Positions 51,460 to 60,413 of a stretch of DNA of 64,000 nucleotides are shown one piece after another. A model generated the notes under the pieces. It was not told where the DNA came from and did not search any database. It was given only the letters and a program-made list of their open reading frames with translations. The position numbers were made by a program, and so were the translations under genes. Source of the DNA: Candidatus Melainabacteria bacterium 17Bon1m (lineage in GTDB: Bacteria; Cyanobacteriota; Vampirovibrionia; Obscuribacterales; Obscuribacteraceae); contig JAVLKG010000004.1 in the NCBI GenBank assembly GCA_032128875.1, positions 448,001 to 512,000 of the forward strand, in the 5' to 3' direction. Each line of letters starts with the position of its first letter. The stretch's first letter is position 1.

Positions 51460-51774
51460 TTACGTTTCTATTGGCAGCTCGTCTTCCGGATCTGGCGGAA
51501 GGTTGTTGAATATTCTGTACTCAATTCGTTTTAGGCGTTCTAGCTCTTTGATGTGAGCTTCTTGCTTCGCTTCGATAGCTTTTTGGTCATACTCGCGGCG
51601 CTCTTTCTGCTTGGATGCTGCCATTTCCAAAATGCGGGCCCTATCCATATCTTGCTTTATGCGCATGCGTTCACGAGCTTCTTTTTTCTTGCGCTCTTCA
51701 CGTTCTTTGTCTTCGCGAAGCATCGCTTCATACTCGCGCTGCTTTCTTCTACGCTCGACGTCACTCATCGCCAA
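51460..51774 (-). CDS. Highly charged helical (E/R/K-rich) hypothetical protein
   Basis: 104 aa, mostly E/R/K, single-alpha-helix-like. Confidence 0.65.
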   Translation of the reverse strand: MAMSDVERRRKQREYEAMLREDKEREERKKKEARERMRIKQDMDRARILEMAASKQKERREYDQKAIEAKQEAHIKELERLKRIEYRIFNNLPPDPEDELPIET

Positions 51775-51863
51775 CAGCCTCGTAAAACATCACTATTTTT
51801 AGCTTAGACCATATTCCAGCTTAAGCTTACCCTATTACTACGTCAAGAGACGGAAAACCCCGT

Positions 51864-53369
51864 TCAGGCTTCTATTTGCTCGTCAGGAATGGGAATTAAG
51901 CTCTCTTTGTACTTGCGGGCAACCCCTGTCCTATTTGCCGCTTCTACAACTGCTTTTGCAACGGACGGGGCTATTGTTTGGTTAAATACGCCAGGCACTA
52001 TGTAATCTTCGTGCAATTCATTTTCTTGGATGACCGCAGCGATTGCGTGAGCGGCTGCGAGCTTCATCTCTTCGTTGATGTCAGTCGCATGACAGTCGAG
52101 CGCGCCCCTGAAAACACCTGGGAAGCAAAGTACATTATTGATTTGGTTTGGATAGTCGGAACGACCCGTCGCCATAATGCGAACATGAGGCATAGCTTCT
52201 TCCGGCATGATTTCTGGAATCGGATTGGCCATAGCAAAAACAATCGCGTCTTTAGCCATGTCTTTGAGGTAGTCAGCTTTTACTGTTCCTGGTCCTGATA
52301 GTCCAAGGTAGAGATCGGCACCCCTCATCGCATCCTTGAGAGATCCTTTTAACATCTCAGGATTGGTATGGTCAGCAAACCATTCCTTCATTGAATTCAT
52401 GTTTTCGGTGCGACCCTTATAAATCGCGCCGGAACGGTCAAAGCCAGTAATGTTTTTGACGCCCGCCGACATCAAAATTTTTGAGCAAGCAACTCCGGCA
52501 GCGCCAACACCGCTAACAATTACTTTGAGATTCTCCATTTTTTTGTCGACGATTTTCAAGGCATTGATAAGCGCTGCCAGCACGACCACTGCTGTTCCAT
52601 GTTGATCATCGTGGAAAACAGGGATATCTAGCTCCTTTTTGAGACGCGCTTCAATTTCAAAACATCTTGGAGCTGATATGTCTTCCAAATTGATGCCACC
52701 AAATCCGGGGGCAATGTATTTGACTGCTTTGATAATTTCTTCTGTGTCCTGCGTGTCTAAGCAAATTGGATAAGCATCGACTTTCCCGAACTCTTTAAAG
52801 AGCATTGCTTTGCCTTCCATTACAGGCATCGCTGCTTTTGGCCCAATGTTTCCTAATCCCAATACCGCGGTACCATCTGAAACCACGGCTACGGAATTGC
52901 GTTTGATTGTTAACTTATATGCGTTTTCCGGTTCGTGATGAATTGCCATGCAAACCCTGGCTACGCCTGGCGTGTAAGCCATAGACAAATCATCTCTTGT
53001 TGCCAGCGGAACTTTATTTGCTATGCGAATCTTTCCGCCCAAATGCATTAAGAAAGTTCGATCAGAGACGTTGATTACTTGAATGCCTTCAACTGTATTA
53101 AGTGCCTTGACGAGCTCTTCGCCGTGCTCTGAATCGCGTACATTGACGGTAATATCTCGGATGATATGACCTTTCTCTACGCCGTGGATATCGATTGCGC
53201 CGATGTCTCCGCCGATTTCACCAATTAACGATGTAACCTTGCCAAGCATGCCTGGCCTATTGGTAATTTTCAGCCTCAAAGTGAGGCTATAGCTAGCGCT
53301 TGGCTGTGCAAGGGAAGTACTTTCTTTTTTCTCTTCGTTCATTGTTGGTGTAGGTTTCGTAGAGGGCAT
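51864..53369 (-). CDS. NAD(P)-dependent malic enzyme with N-terminal ACT domain
   Basis: [58 protein letters not shown]. Confidence 0.94.
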   Translation of the reverse strand: MPSTKPTPTMNEEKKESTSLAQPSASYSLTLRLKITNRPGMLGKVTSLIGEIGGDIGAIDIHGVEKGHIIRDITVNVRDSEHGEELVKALNTVEGIQVINVSDRTFLMHLGGKIRIANKVPLATRDDLSMAYTPGVARVCMAIHHEPENAYKLTIKRNSVAVVSDGTAVLGLGNIGPKAAMPVMEGKAMLFKEFGKVDAYPICLDTQDTEEIIKAVKYIAPGFGGINLEDISAPRCFEIEARLKKELDIPVFHDDQHGTAVVVLAALINALKIVDKKMENLKVIVSGVGAAGVACSKILMSAGVKNITGFDRSGAIYKGRTENMNSMKEWFADHTNPEMLKGSLKDAMRGADLYLGLSGPGTVKADYLKDMAKDAIVFAMANPIPEIMPEEAMPHVRIMATGRSDYPNQINNVLCFPGVFRGALDCHATDINEEMKLAAAHAIAAVIQENELHEDYIVPGVFNQTIAPSVAKAVVEAANRTGVARKYKESLIPIPDEQIEA

Positions 53370-53590
53370 AGTGATTTCTCTTTGCGATTTGCGGCAGGCT
53401 TAATGTAGAGCTGATGTGTTAAGCTGAAAAACTCTTATGAGGCGTCTTGTAAGGGTAGCGCTTTTCGTCTTGGAGAGCGCTTCTTGAAAGCAGCAATTAA
53501 GCTAAATTCGGCTCTGAATTAATACACAGGGGTTTTGTATTTTCAGTCTCGGCGCACAGAGAAAGAATTGAGTTATCAACAGGAGGCGGT

Positions 53591-54379
53591 ATGGCAGGAA
53601 AGTCAGACAAGGAAATTATTGGTAACTATGAAGTGTCCAAAGCAGGGCTACTTACAAGAAGAGAAGTTTTGACTATGGGTGCAGTTGCAGCTGCAGGAGC
53701 ACTGGTCGCTCCAGCATTTGCGGCAGCCGGCGGAGCAACTGCGCCAGCAGCAAGCGGAGCCGAACCTTACGTGGCAAAAGACTTTTCGGGTTTGCAAGGA
53801 AAGTTGGATGGTTTGTCGGCAAGTCAAATTGAGCAGCACCTTAAACTGTACAAGGGCTACATCGGCAAAGCCAATGAACTTCGCAGCAAGCTGAAAGAAG
53901 TTGAATTGGCTTCAGCAAATGCCACATATTCACCCATTCGTGAAATGCTTGTTGAACAGAGTTTTGCTGTAAATGGTGTGATCTACCACGAATTTTATTT
54001 CGGAAACCTCGGCGGTAAAGGCGGAGAACCGACTGGCGATCTCAAGTCAGCGATGGAAGAGCGTTGGGGAAATATGGCTAAATTCAATGATTTCCTTAAA
54101 GCCGCAGGTAAGAGCGTGCGTGGTTGGGTTGTGATTGGATACAACACACGTGGTGGATTCATTGATTCCTTTGGTCTCGACACACACAACATTGGTTCAC
54201 CGGCGAATTTCGTTCCGCTCCTTGTTCTAGATGTCTACGAACACGCTTACATGGTTGACTACGGAATTGATCGTGCAAAATATCTCGATGCTTTCATGAA
54301 GAATGTCGATTGGGATGTTGTCGGTAAGCGCTTCAATATCACTAAAAAACATCCGACAGGATTGGACGCAACAATATAA
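53591..54379 (+). CDS. Fe/Mn superoxide dismutase-family protein with Tat signal
   Basis: AGGAGG RBS; LTRREVL twin-arginine leader; EQH..LYKGY, YHEFYF, LDVYEHAY. Confidence 0.88.
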   Translation: MAGKSDKEIIGNYEVSKAGLLTRREVLTMGAVAAAGALVAPAFAAAGGATAPAASGAEPYVAKDFSGLQGKLDGLSASQIEQHLKLYKGYIGKANELRSKLKEVELASANATYSPIREMLVEQSFAVNGVIYHEFYFGNLGGKGGEPTGDLKSAMEERWGNMAKFNDFLKAAGKSVRGWVVIGYNTRGGFIDSFGLDTHNIGSPANFVPLLVLDVYEHAYMVDYGIDRAKYLDAFMKNVDWDVVGKRFNITKKHPTGLDATI

Positions 54380-54399
54380 GTATTGAAGCCTAGACTATT

Positions 54400-54428
54400 A
54401 GGGAGGGTTTGCAGACGCAGCCCTCCCT
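54400..54428. terminator. Hairpin between convergent genes
   Basis: AGGGAGGG..TGC-AGAC-GCA..CCCTCCCT. Confidence 0.55.
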
Positions 54429-54430
54429 TG

Positions 54431-55462
54431 CTATGGACGTAGGGTATTTGGCACCACATAAAATGCCAGCGGTGTCACATATTCTTCAATTTCTTCTTCT
54501 GAAACGCATCGATTTGATGCGCAAAATTCAAGTAATGAGTTTGATGGCCAGCGGCTTCTGTCCTTTGCAATCCAATCGAGAGTTGAATAGAGTTGGAGAT
54601 ATTTTCTTCCCAATCCCTGGAAGAAATCCTTGACGAATGTGACAAAGGTTTTTGCTAACTTTGCGTTGTGCTCAATTGCTAAATCACCTTCCTGCATAGT
54701 CATTGAAAACTGCATTTTTTTTGAACGCTTATAGCTGTTTGCAAATTGTTTTTCTATAAGACCCTTTAACTCAAGAACAGTCAAAGTCGCGCTGAGCATA
54801 CCGATACTCAGAGCTAACTTTTGAGCTAGTTGATCGAAGGAAATTCCACTTTCTGAAATTTCTTGCAACACAAGTTTTTCTTCTTCACTAATATCTAGCA
54901 TTTCGAGACTGGAGGATTCATTCTTCTGTCTATTTGCATCAAGTTGAAGTAAAGCCTCCTCTGCTATTGGTGGTTCGCCTGCGGGCGTTTTTGTAGTTCG
55001 TCGACAGACGGCATCAGCGCAAAGAGCGGAAGCAATCTCTATGCCTAGATTTCTTATTTCGCTGATTGCCATAAGTGCAAGTCTCTTTAATGTTCTGCTT
55101 GCAGTGTCAGTTGAGACACCTGTTAGCTTTGCTAGCTGATTAGCGCTGAGAACAATTCCTCTTTCATATAACTCCATCATGATTAATCGAGGCTTGAATT
55201 TTTGAACCTTATGGAAGTAAGTTTCGGCCGTTATGGAAATATTTTTGCTGCATCCACCACAGGGAAAAACTCGCTTACTATTATTCGGAATTGAATTGAG
55301 AAATCCACATTCGCGTCGTGGACAATAAATGGTGGTTCTTTTTGCGCAAGCAGATAAGGCGATTAATTCGCAATTCGATTCTGTTCCAAGCTTGGCTTCG
55401 ATTTCAGGCATTGCACGCAATGCCTTTTCCCAATTAGCTTTCGAACGATCAGAATCAACCAT
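54431..55462 (-). CDS. IS1595-transposase-derived protein (Zn ribbon + HTH + DprA-type winged helix; no evident DDE)
   Basis: CPRRECG..CGGC..SITAETYFH; SANQLAKLTGVSTDTA; FDQLAQKL..LSATLTVLELKGLI; FQGLGRKYLQLY. Confidence 0.7.
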   Translation of the reverse strand: MVDSDRSKANWEKALRAMPEIEAKLGTESNCELIALSACAKRTTIYCPRRECGFLNSIPNNSKRVFPCGGCSKNISITAETYFHKVQKFKPRLIMMELYERGIVLSANQLAKLTGVSTDTASRTLKRLALMAISEIRNLGIEIASALCADAVCRRTTKTPAGEPPIAEEALLQLDANRQKNESSSLEMLDISEEEKLVLQEISESGISFDQLAQKLALSIGMLSATLTVLELKGLIEKQFANSYKRSKKMQFSMTMQEGDLAIEHNAKLAKTFVTFVKDFFQGLGRKYLQLYSTLDWIAKDRSRWPSNSLLEFCASNRCVSEEEIEEYVTPLAFYVVPNTLRP

Positions 55463-55571
55463 TTTGAAACTTCCTTGCACTCATATCTGGTAATACGAGT
55501 TCCGCGTGCAAAAAGTTCAAAAAATTTTTTTTACTGACAACCGAAAATTTCAAACCCAAATGTTGGTGGTT

Positions 55572-55603
55572 TAGAAAAAAGGCCGTTAACGACCTTTTTT
55601 CTA
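55572..55603. repeat. 32-bp palindromic intergenic element, copy 4 (palindrome extends to 55568-55607)
   Basis: GGTTTAGAAAAAAGGCCGTTAACGACCTTTTTTCTAAACC. Confidence 0.9.
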
Positions 55604-55623
55604 AACCTCACTTTCTGGTTTGA

Positions 55624-56307
55624 CTAATTGTTGAGGTCGGCGCGGAGACCGTACCCGACTCCGTGGACATTGCGGATTATTGATTCCTGTCCTTCGGTGT
55701 CCAGTTTCTTGCGCAGGCGTTTGATACACGTGGTTAGTGCTTCGACTGTAGCGTCGGATTCGTTCGACCAGACTCTATTGAGCAGTGCATCAGGAGGAAA
55801 GACTGTGCCGGGATTGCGCATTAGGAATTCCAGAAGCGCAAATTCTTTTGGGACGAGTTTAACTTCAACACCGCCACGTTTGACTGTAAATGCTGCGCGA
55901 TCCAATTCTATATTTCCTGATTTGAGGACTGTGCCCATTTGACCGCTAACACGACGCATGAGAGCCCGAATACGAGCAGTGAGTTCTTTGGCATGAAATG
56001 GTTTTGTGAGATAGTCATCCGCACCGGAATCGAGACCAACCTCTTTGTCGTCGACCGTAGAGCGACCAGTGAGAATGAGGACTGGTGTTTTTTTGCCGGT
56101 CGAACGGAACTCTCGCAAAATTTCCATACCGCCAATGACCGGTAATTCGAGATCTAGAACGATCAGATCGTATTCGTAGGCCTTTAGACGATTTAGACCT
56201 TCTTGTCCGTCGTTGACGACCTCTACCTCGTGCCTTTCAAGCTTTAGCCAGTCGCGCACAAGCTTGGACAGCTGCAAATCATCTTCAACAATTAGTATCT
56301 TGGCCAC
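55624..56307 (-). CDS. OmpR-family response regulator
   Basis: KILIVEDD, LDLELP, GADDYLTKPF, KEFALL, RLRKKL, VHGVGY. Confidence 0.94.
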   Translation of the reverse strand: MAKILIVEDDLQLSKLVRDWLKLERHEVEVVNDGQEGLNRLKAYEYDLIVLDLELPVIGGMEILREFRSTGKKTPVLILTGRSTVDDKEVGLDSGADDYLTKPFHAKELTARIRALMRRVSGQMGTVLKSGNIELDRAAFTVKRGGVEVKLVPKEFALLEFLMRNPGTVFPPDALLNRVWSNESDATVEALTTCIKRLRKKLDTEGQESIIRNVHGVGYGLRADLNN

Positions 56308-56342
56308 AAAGATTGCTCGCTGGTACCTGCAACAATATTATC

Positions 56343-58154
56343 TTATGTTTGTTCTGTGTTCTTTGAATTAGCAAGCGGAAGACTGAAGTAGAAGGTACTT
56401 CCTTTGCCTTCTTCAGAATTCACTCCTATTTGTCCGCCGTGCAATTCGACAATTGCTTTAGAAATAGCTAGCCCGAGTCCACTACCTTTTCTGTCTCTGG
56501 AGTCTGATTTTTTGACTTGTTTGAAGCGCTCGAAGATTGAAGCTCGCATACTTTCTGGAACCCCCCTTCCTTCGTCCTTTACCTTTATGATGGCAAAAGA
56601 GTAGTCAGTCTCAGTTGAGATTTGAAGAGTGGAATTTTCTGGTGAAAATTTGACTGCATTTGAAATCAAGTTGATGAGCACTTGAATCATTCTCTCTTTG
56701 TCTGCTGTGACAGTTGGATCTATTGTCGTGTCAAGCTTTAAGTCGATTCGCTTTTGCTTTATGGCATTTGCAACCATGTTTACTGACGGCTTTATAATTT
56801 CGCTCAGTAATACTGAATCGAGAGTTAAATCCATGCGTCCCGATTCCATGCGCTCTACATCAAGTAAGTCATTTACTAGAGTGATTAAACGATCACAGCA
56901 GTCCTGTGCTCCTTCCACACTCTCTTTTCCATCATCCGAGAGCTCTCCGTAGGCACCAGCAGCCAACAACGAATGAACCATCTGAATCGAAGTCAGTGGT
57001 GTGCGTAAATCGTGACTAACCATAGCCACGAAATCGCGTTTCATCTGGTCGATTTGCTTACGCTCCGTAATATCGTGCACAACACACATCAATGATTTTT
57101 CTTCGTTCGACCAAACGACAGACCACTCACAATCTCGCTTTGCGCCGCTTTCAGTCACAATCCGATTTGTAAATGCTCCATGCCCTTTTGTCTCGATGAT
57201 GCTGTTCACTTGATCGATCGAGGGCTGCAGTTCTTCCTGGTCGAGCAATTGATCAAGGCGCCTTCCGATAAGATCATCGATGTCGTAGCCCCACTGTCTG
57301 AAAGCCGCTGGATTAGCCTGTGTAAATCGTCTCTCTTCATCAAGCGAACATATGATGTCGGCTGCACTTGTAAGAATCGCTGTTTCTTTGCGCCTCATAG
57401 AAGCTAGTGCGTCGGCCATCTTGCGAAAAGTTCTATCGAGGTGAGCCAATTCGTCATCGCCTCGAAGTGGAGCTGAAAGAGGCTTTTGTGATGCGAGTTT
57501 GTAAGTGTTGTCTAGCACCACTTTGAGCCGGAGCGCCGTACTTCGGTTGAATGAAATGGCCAAATAGACTGCAAGCAGAACATTTAGAAAGACCGCTGCA
57601 TAGATAAGAATCTCAATTTGTCCTCGTACTTCGGCTTGCTTCCTTTTGGTTTCTTGCGTCTCTGCTTCTTGTTCTTCTACGAGGTGGTCGATGGCTTGGA
57701 AGATATCCGCCATGAGCCGGTTGACCTTTACCATCTCCATGCCTGCCGCGAGCTTATTGCCGATGTCCACCATTGTTTTGGCATGATCGAAAAATCGATC
57801 GCCCTCGTCCATTAGTTTGTAGATTTTGTCCCAGGCTTCTTTCTCATGGGGGTTTTCGGCTACAAGACTGGTAATTATCTCCTTCTCTTTGTAAAAGCGC
57901 TTCTTGGCAAGATCGGCTCGACGGCGGAATGTCTCTCGGCTGGTGAAGTGAGAAACGATAAGAGATGAGCTTCGCTCCATGACCAATCGAAGCAGTACGT
58001 TTAAATGTCCGGCAACATCTCTTGCGTGCGCCTCGCGCGCTCTTTCTTTGTCCACTTGATTGACAAGATAGGCAAATCCCGCCACGAAGCCAAGCTCAAA
58101 TACTAAAGGCACTGTCACCAGTATCAGAGCTTTTTTTCCTAGAGAAAGAGTCAT
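56343..58154 (-). CDS. Membrane sensor histidine kinase (periplasmic helical sensor, HAMP, PAS, HisKA, HATPase)
   Basis: 2 TM; DELAHL; HDITERK; VSHDLRTPL; NLISNAVKFS; DEGRG; GSGLGL. Confidence 0.94.
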   Translation of the reverse strand: MTLSLGKKALILVTVPLVFELGFVAGFAYLVNQVDKERAREAHARDVAGHLNVLLRLVMERSSSLIVSHFTSRETFRRRADLAKKRFYKEKEIITSLVAENPHEKEAWDKIYKLMDEGDRFFDHAKTMVDIGNKLAAGMEMVKVNRLMADIFQAIDHLVEEQEAETQETKRKQAEVRGQIEILIYAAVFLNVLLAVYLAISFNRSTALRLKVVLDNTYKLASQKPLSAPLRGDDELAHLDRTFRKMADALASMRRKETAILTSAADIICSLDEERRFTQANPAAFRQWGYDIDDLIGRRLDQLLDQEELQPSIDQVNSIIETKGHGAFTNRIVTESGAKRDCEWSVVWSNEEKSLMCVVHDITERKQIDQMKRDFVAMVSHDLRTPLTSIQMVHSLLAAGAYGELSDDGKESVEGAQDCCDRLITLVNDLLDVERMESGRMDLTLDSVLLSEIIKPSVNMVANAIKQKRIDLKLDTTIDPTVTADKERMIQVLINLISNAVKFSPENSTLQISTETDYSFAIIKVKDEGRGVPESMRASIFERFKQVKKSDSRDRKGSGLGLAISKAIVELHGGQIGVNSEEGKGSTFYFSLPLANSKNTEQT

Positions 58155-58310
58155 TGGTGCTCAGAGATCTAGTCTTACGATCGCTCAATCTATCATTTCA
58201 TCTGATCATTTTTGGGCTTGCCCATAATTTGCCAAAATTTCGCCCACATCTCGCCAATGACAACATCTAAAGTGCCGGATATGTACAGGCAGCAGCTTTT
58301 GAGGTTTGGC

Positions 58311-59078
58311 ATGAACTTGAAGGTCTCGATTCTAACTGTGTTGGTCGCCCTATGTACTATGTGCACAGCAGCCGTTCAGGCTCAGGGTTTTGGCAATTAC
58401 CAGCGTACTCAATTTGCCCCTCAAAGCACGATGCAAGCGCGGTCCGGGCAAGCCAGGGGAAATCAGACCAGAGCAAGGGTGATAGCACAGGCTCAAGCCA
58501 ATGCTCAGTATCAGGCGAGCTTCCCCTCGGACTGGAGAAATGGACTACCCCCAACTCGCACGGATAGCTTCGTCAAAGAAGCCAAACAGCACGCCGCGCA
58601 TATCTATGGAGACGAGGGGACATACGGTTTGCCTCCATATATGGGATTCAGCAAGGTCCACAGAATCAACTCCGGAATCATGGACGAGAGAGACAGTGGG
58701 CTCACCACCGGTCACGGCAGCTACCTGCCGGACGCATGGGGTGGCGATGAGTTTCACCAAAATGAATGGACGCAGTCTGGTGAAAGAGGACGCTCAGCTG
58801 CTGATGGCTTCCCAGATGGACTTCCGGTAATGACCGGTTCGGCTTCGGGCGCTCCCGGTTCTGGAACCCAGAATTTGCCCCCGCCTCCAGGCGAAGGCTA
58901 CCAGCCAGCTTACACATGTGAAGGTTTTGTCGGATATTACAGCCCTGAGGAAATTGCACTCGCTCAAACCGACTTTCCTGCCGCATTCGACCACTTTGTT
59001 CACAGCGACAGATACACCGGCAGCATTCTTAATGCCGATCTGATTTTGCGCCTTCAAATGGGACGCGCAGGTTATTAG
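58311..59078 (+). CDS. Secreted hypothetical protein
   Basis: GAGG RBS; signal peptide ending AVQA; Gly/Pro-rich mature part. Confidence 0.75.
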   Translation: MNLKVSILTVLVALCTMCTAAVQAQGFGNYQRTQFAPQSTMQARSGQARGNQTRARVIAQAQANAQYQASFPSDWRNGLPPTRTDSFVKEAKQHAAHIYGDEGTYGLPPYMGFSKVHRINSGIMDERDSGLTTGHGSYLPDAWGGDEFHQNEWTQSGERGRSAADGFPDGLPVMTGSASGAPGSGTQNLPPPPGEGYQPAYTCEGFVGYYSPEEIALAQTDFPAAFDHFVHSDRYTGSILNADLILRLQMGRAGY

Positions 59079-59149
59079 AAAGATTACTGGCTCGATACTT
59101 ATTGTCTGAGGAACCTTGCGCGAAACGAAAACACAAAAAAACTCAGAAG

Positions 59150-59289
59150 TCAAAGGGCACTGTATATAGTGCCTTTTGATTTTGGATGCTGTTTGGTTAC
59201 GGCAGAATTCCGAAAAAATAGTCCTACATGCGCAGGGTTGATGCATGCTGGCTATGAAGCAGAAAACCGCCCCGATTTGGGACGGTTTT
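59150..59289. terminator. Two hairpins between convergent genes
   Basis: TCAAAGGGCACT..AGTGCCTTTTGA (59150-59179) and AAAACCGCCCCG..TGGGACGGTTTT (59263-59289). Confidence 0.6.
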
Positions 59290-59316
59290 GCAGAGCAGAA
59301 AAATCGATGAGTGATT

Positions 59317-60243
59317 TTATTCGCCAAGAATAGTGAAGCTAACCTCTTTCTTGTTTGGTTGCCCCGCTTTATCGTCTTCTGCTGAGACTAGCTTCAGTGC
59401 AGGAGCCGCAGAAGAAGCTTTCGGAACGATTTTTACATCGCGCTCACCACTTACTTGCGCATCCTTGTTTGCGCTGTTGAAGAAGACTTTCGACTCAGCA
59501 ACCATTTTTTTGTATTGAGCAAGCGTCATTTCACCCGATCGAAACGGCGTGCCGTCTTCATTGCTGAGGGCTATGGAAAGTGGTTTTTCGGCAACCGGAT
59601 AAGCGTACACAAAAATTCGTTCGACAGAATGATTGCTGCCTTTGGGCAAACTAACCTGATAGTCGAATGGACTATCTGCGCCTCCAAAAGTGATAGTATC
59701 ACCAGCTCTAAGAAGTGTTTTTTGTTGATACTCATTTGGGTAAAGCTGGGTCAATTTGCCGCGCCCGTCGAAATCAAAAATCATGACGTTGCAATCTTGT
59801 GTGGCTGAAACATTGATCTTCATCTTGTCGCCAGCTTTATATTGTGGAGTAACCCCTTTTTTGTCGAGCCAAACATTGATTATCGAATCGGCAGATGCAG
59901 GTGCATTAGAGGTGTTTATCACTGGTGCAGACTTAGAAGACTTGTTAGCCTGAGGTGCATGGGCGGGCGAAATCTTTGCCTGCACCGAGGAGGGCTTTTT
60001 AGCCGCTTTTACAGGAGTTGTTGTTTTTGCAGTGTGTCCGGTTATATGCGCTGGCTTTGTTTCGGTGCGAGTGAAAGTCTGGCGTGGTAAAAGAATTACG
60101 TTCCGCTCTTTGGAGTTTTTCAAATCCTCGGCTGTGGGCTCGTCCTTGGCGTTTTCAGCAAAGGAAACACCGCTGCCGATAGTAAGAGTAAAAGCTACCG
60201 CCAATGCTTGTGCAAATACTAGATTCCGAATTGCTGCTCTCAT
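59317..60243 (-). CDS. Secreted DUF4384-domain protein
   Basis: GAGGA RBS; signal peptide; K/A/T/P linker; INVWLDK..YKAGDKMKI..ATQDCNVMIFDFDGRGKLTQLYPN. Confidence 0.8.
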   Translation of the reverse strand: MRAAIRNLVFAQALAVAFTLTIGSGVSFAENAKDEPTAEDLKNSKERNVILLPRQTFTRTETKPAHITGHTAKTTTPVKAAKKPSSVQAKISPAHAPQANKSSKSAPVINTSNAPASADSIINVWLDKKGVTPQYKAGDKMKINVSATQDCNVMIFDFDGRGKLTQLYPNEYQQKTLLRAGDTITFGGADSPFDYQVSLPKGSNHSVERIFVYAYPVAEKPLSIALSNEDGTPFRSGEMTLAQYKKMVAESKVFFNSANKDAQVSGERDVKIVPKASSAAPALKLVSAEDDKAGQPNKKEVSFTILGE

Positions 60244-60413
60244 GCCGCTTTCCTCAAATTTGATCCGATATGGATATGGATCTGGCTCGAATACCGACTC
60301 CTGAACAAACATTTTCCAGTGATCAGATCTCAGTTTCAAATCAATCTCTGCAATTAATCTCTCTGGTCAATTGCACTGCTTTAGAAACAGAAATCAATTG
60401 ATAAAAGAGTGAT

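Noticed and set aside
54380-55620. Active IS1595 insertion sequence
   Set aside because: No terminal inverted repeats, target duplication or recognisable DDE core; reported as a derived CDS instead.
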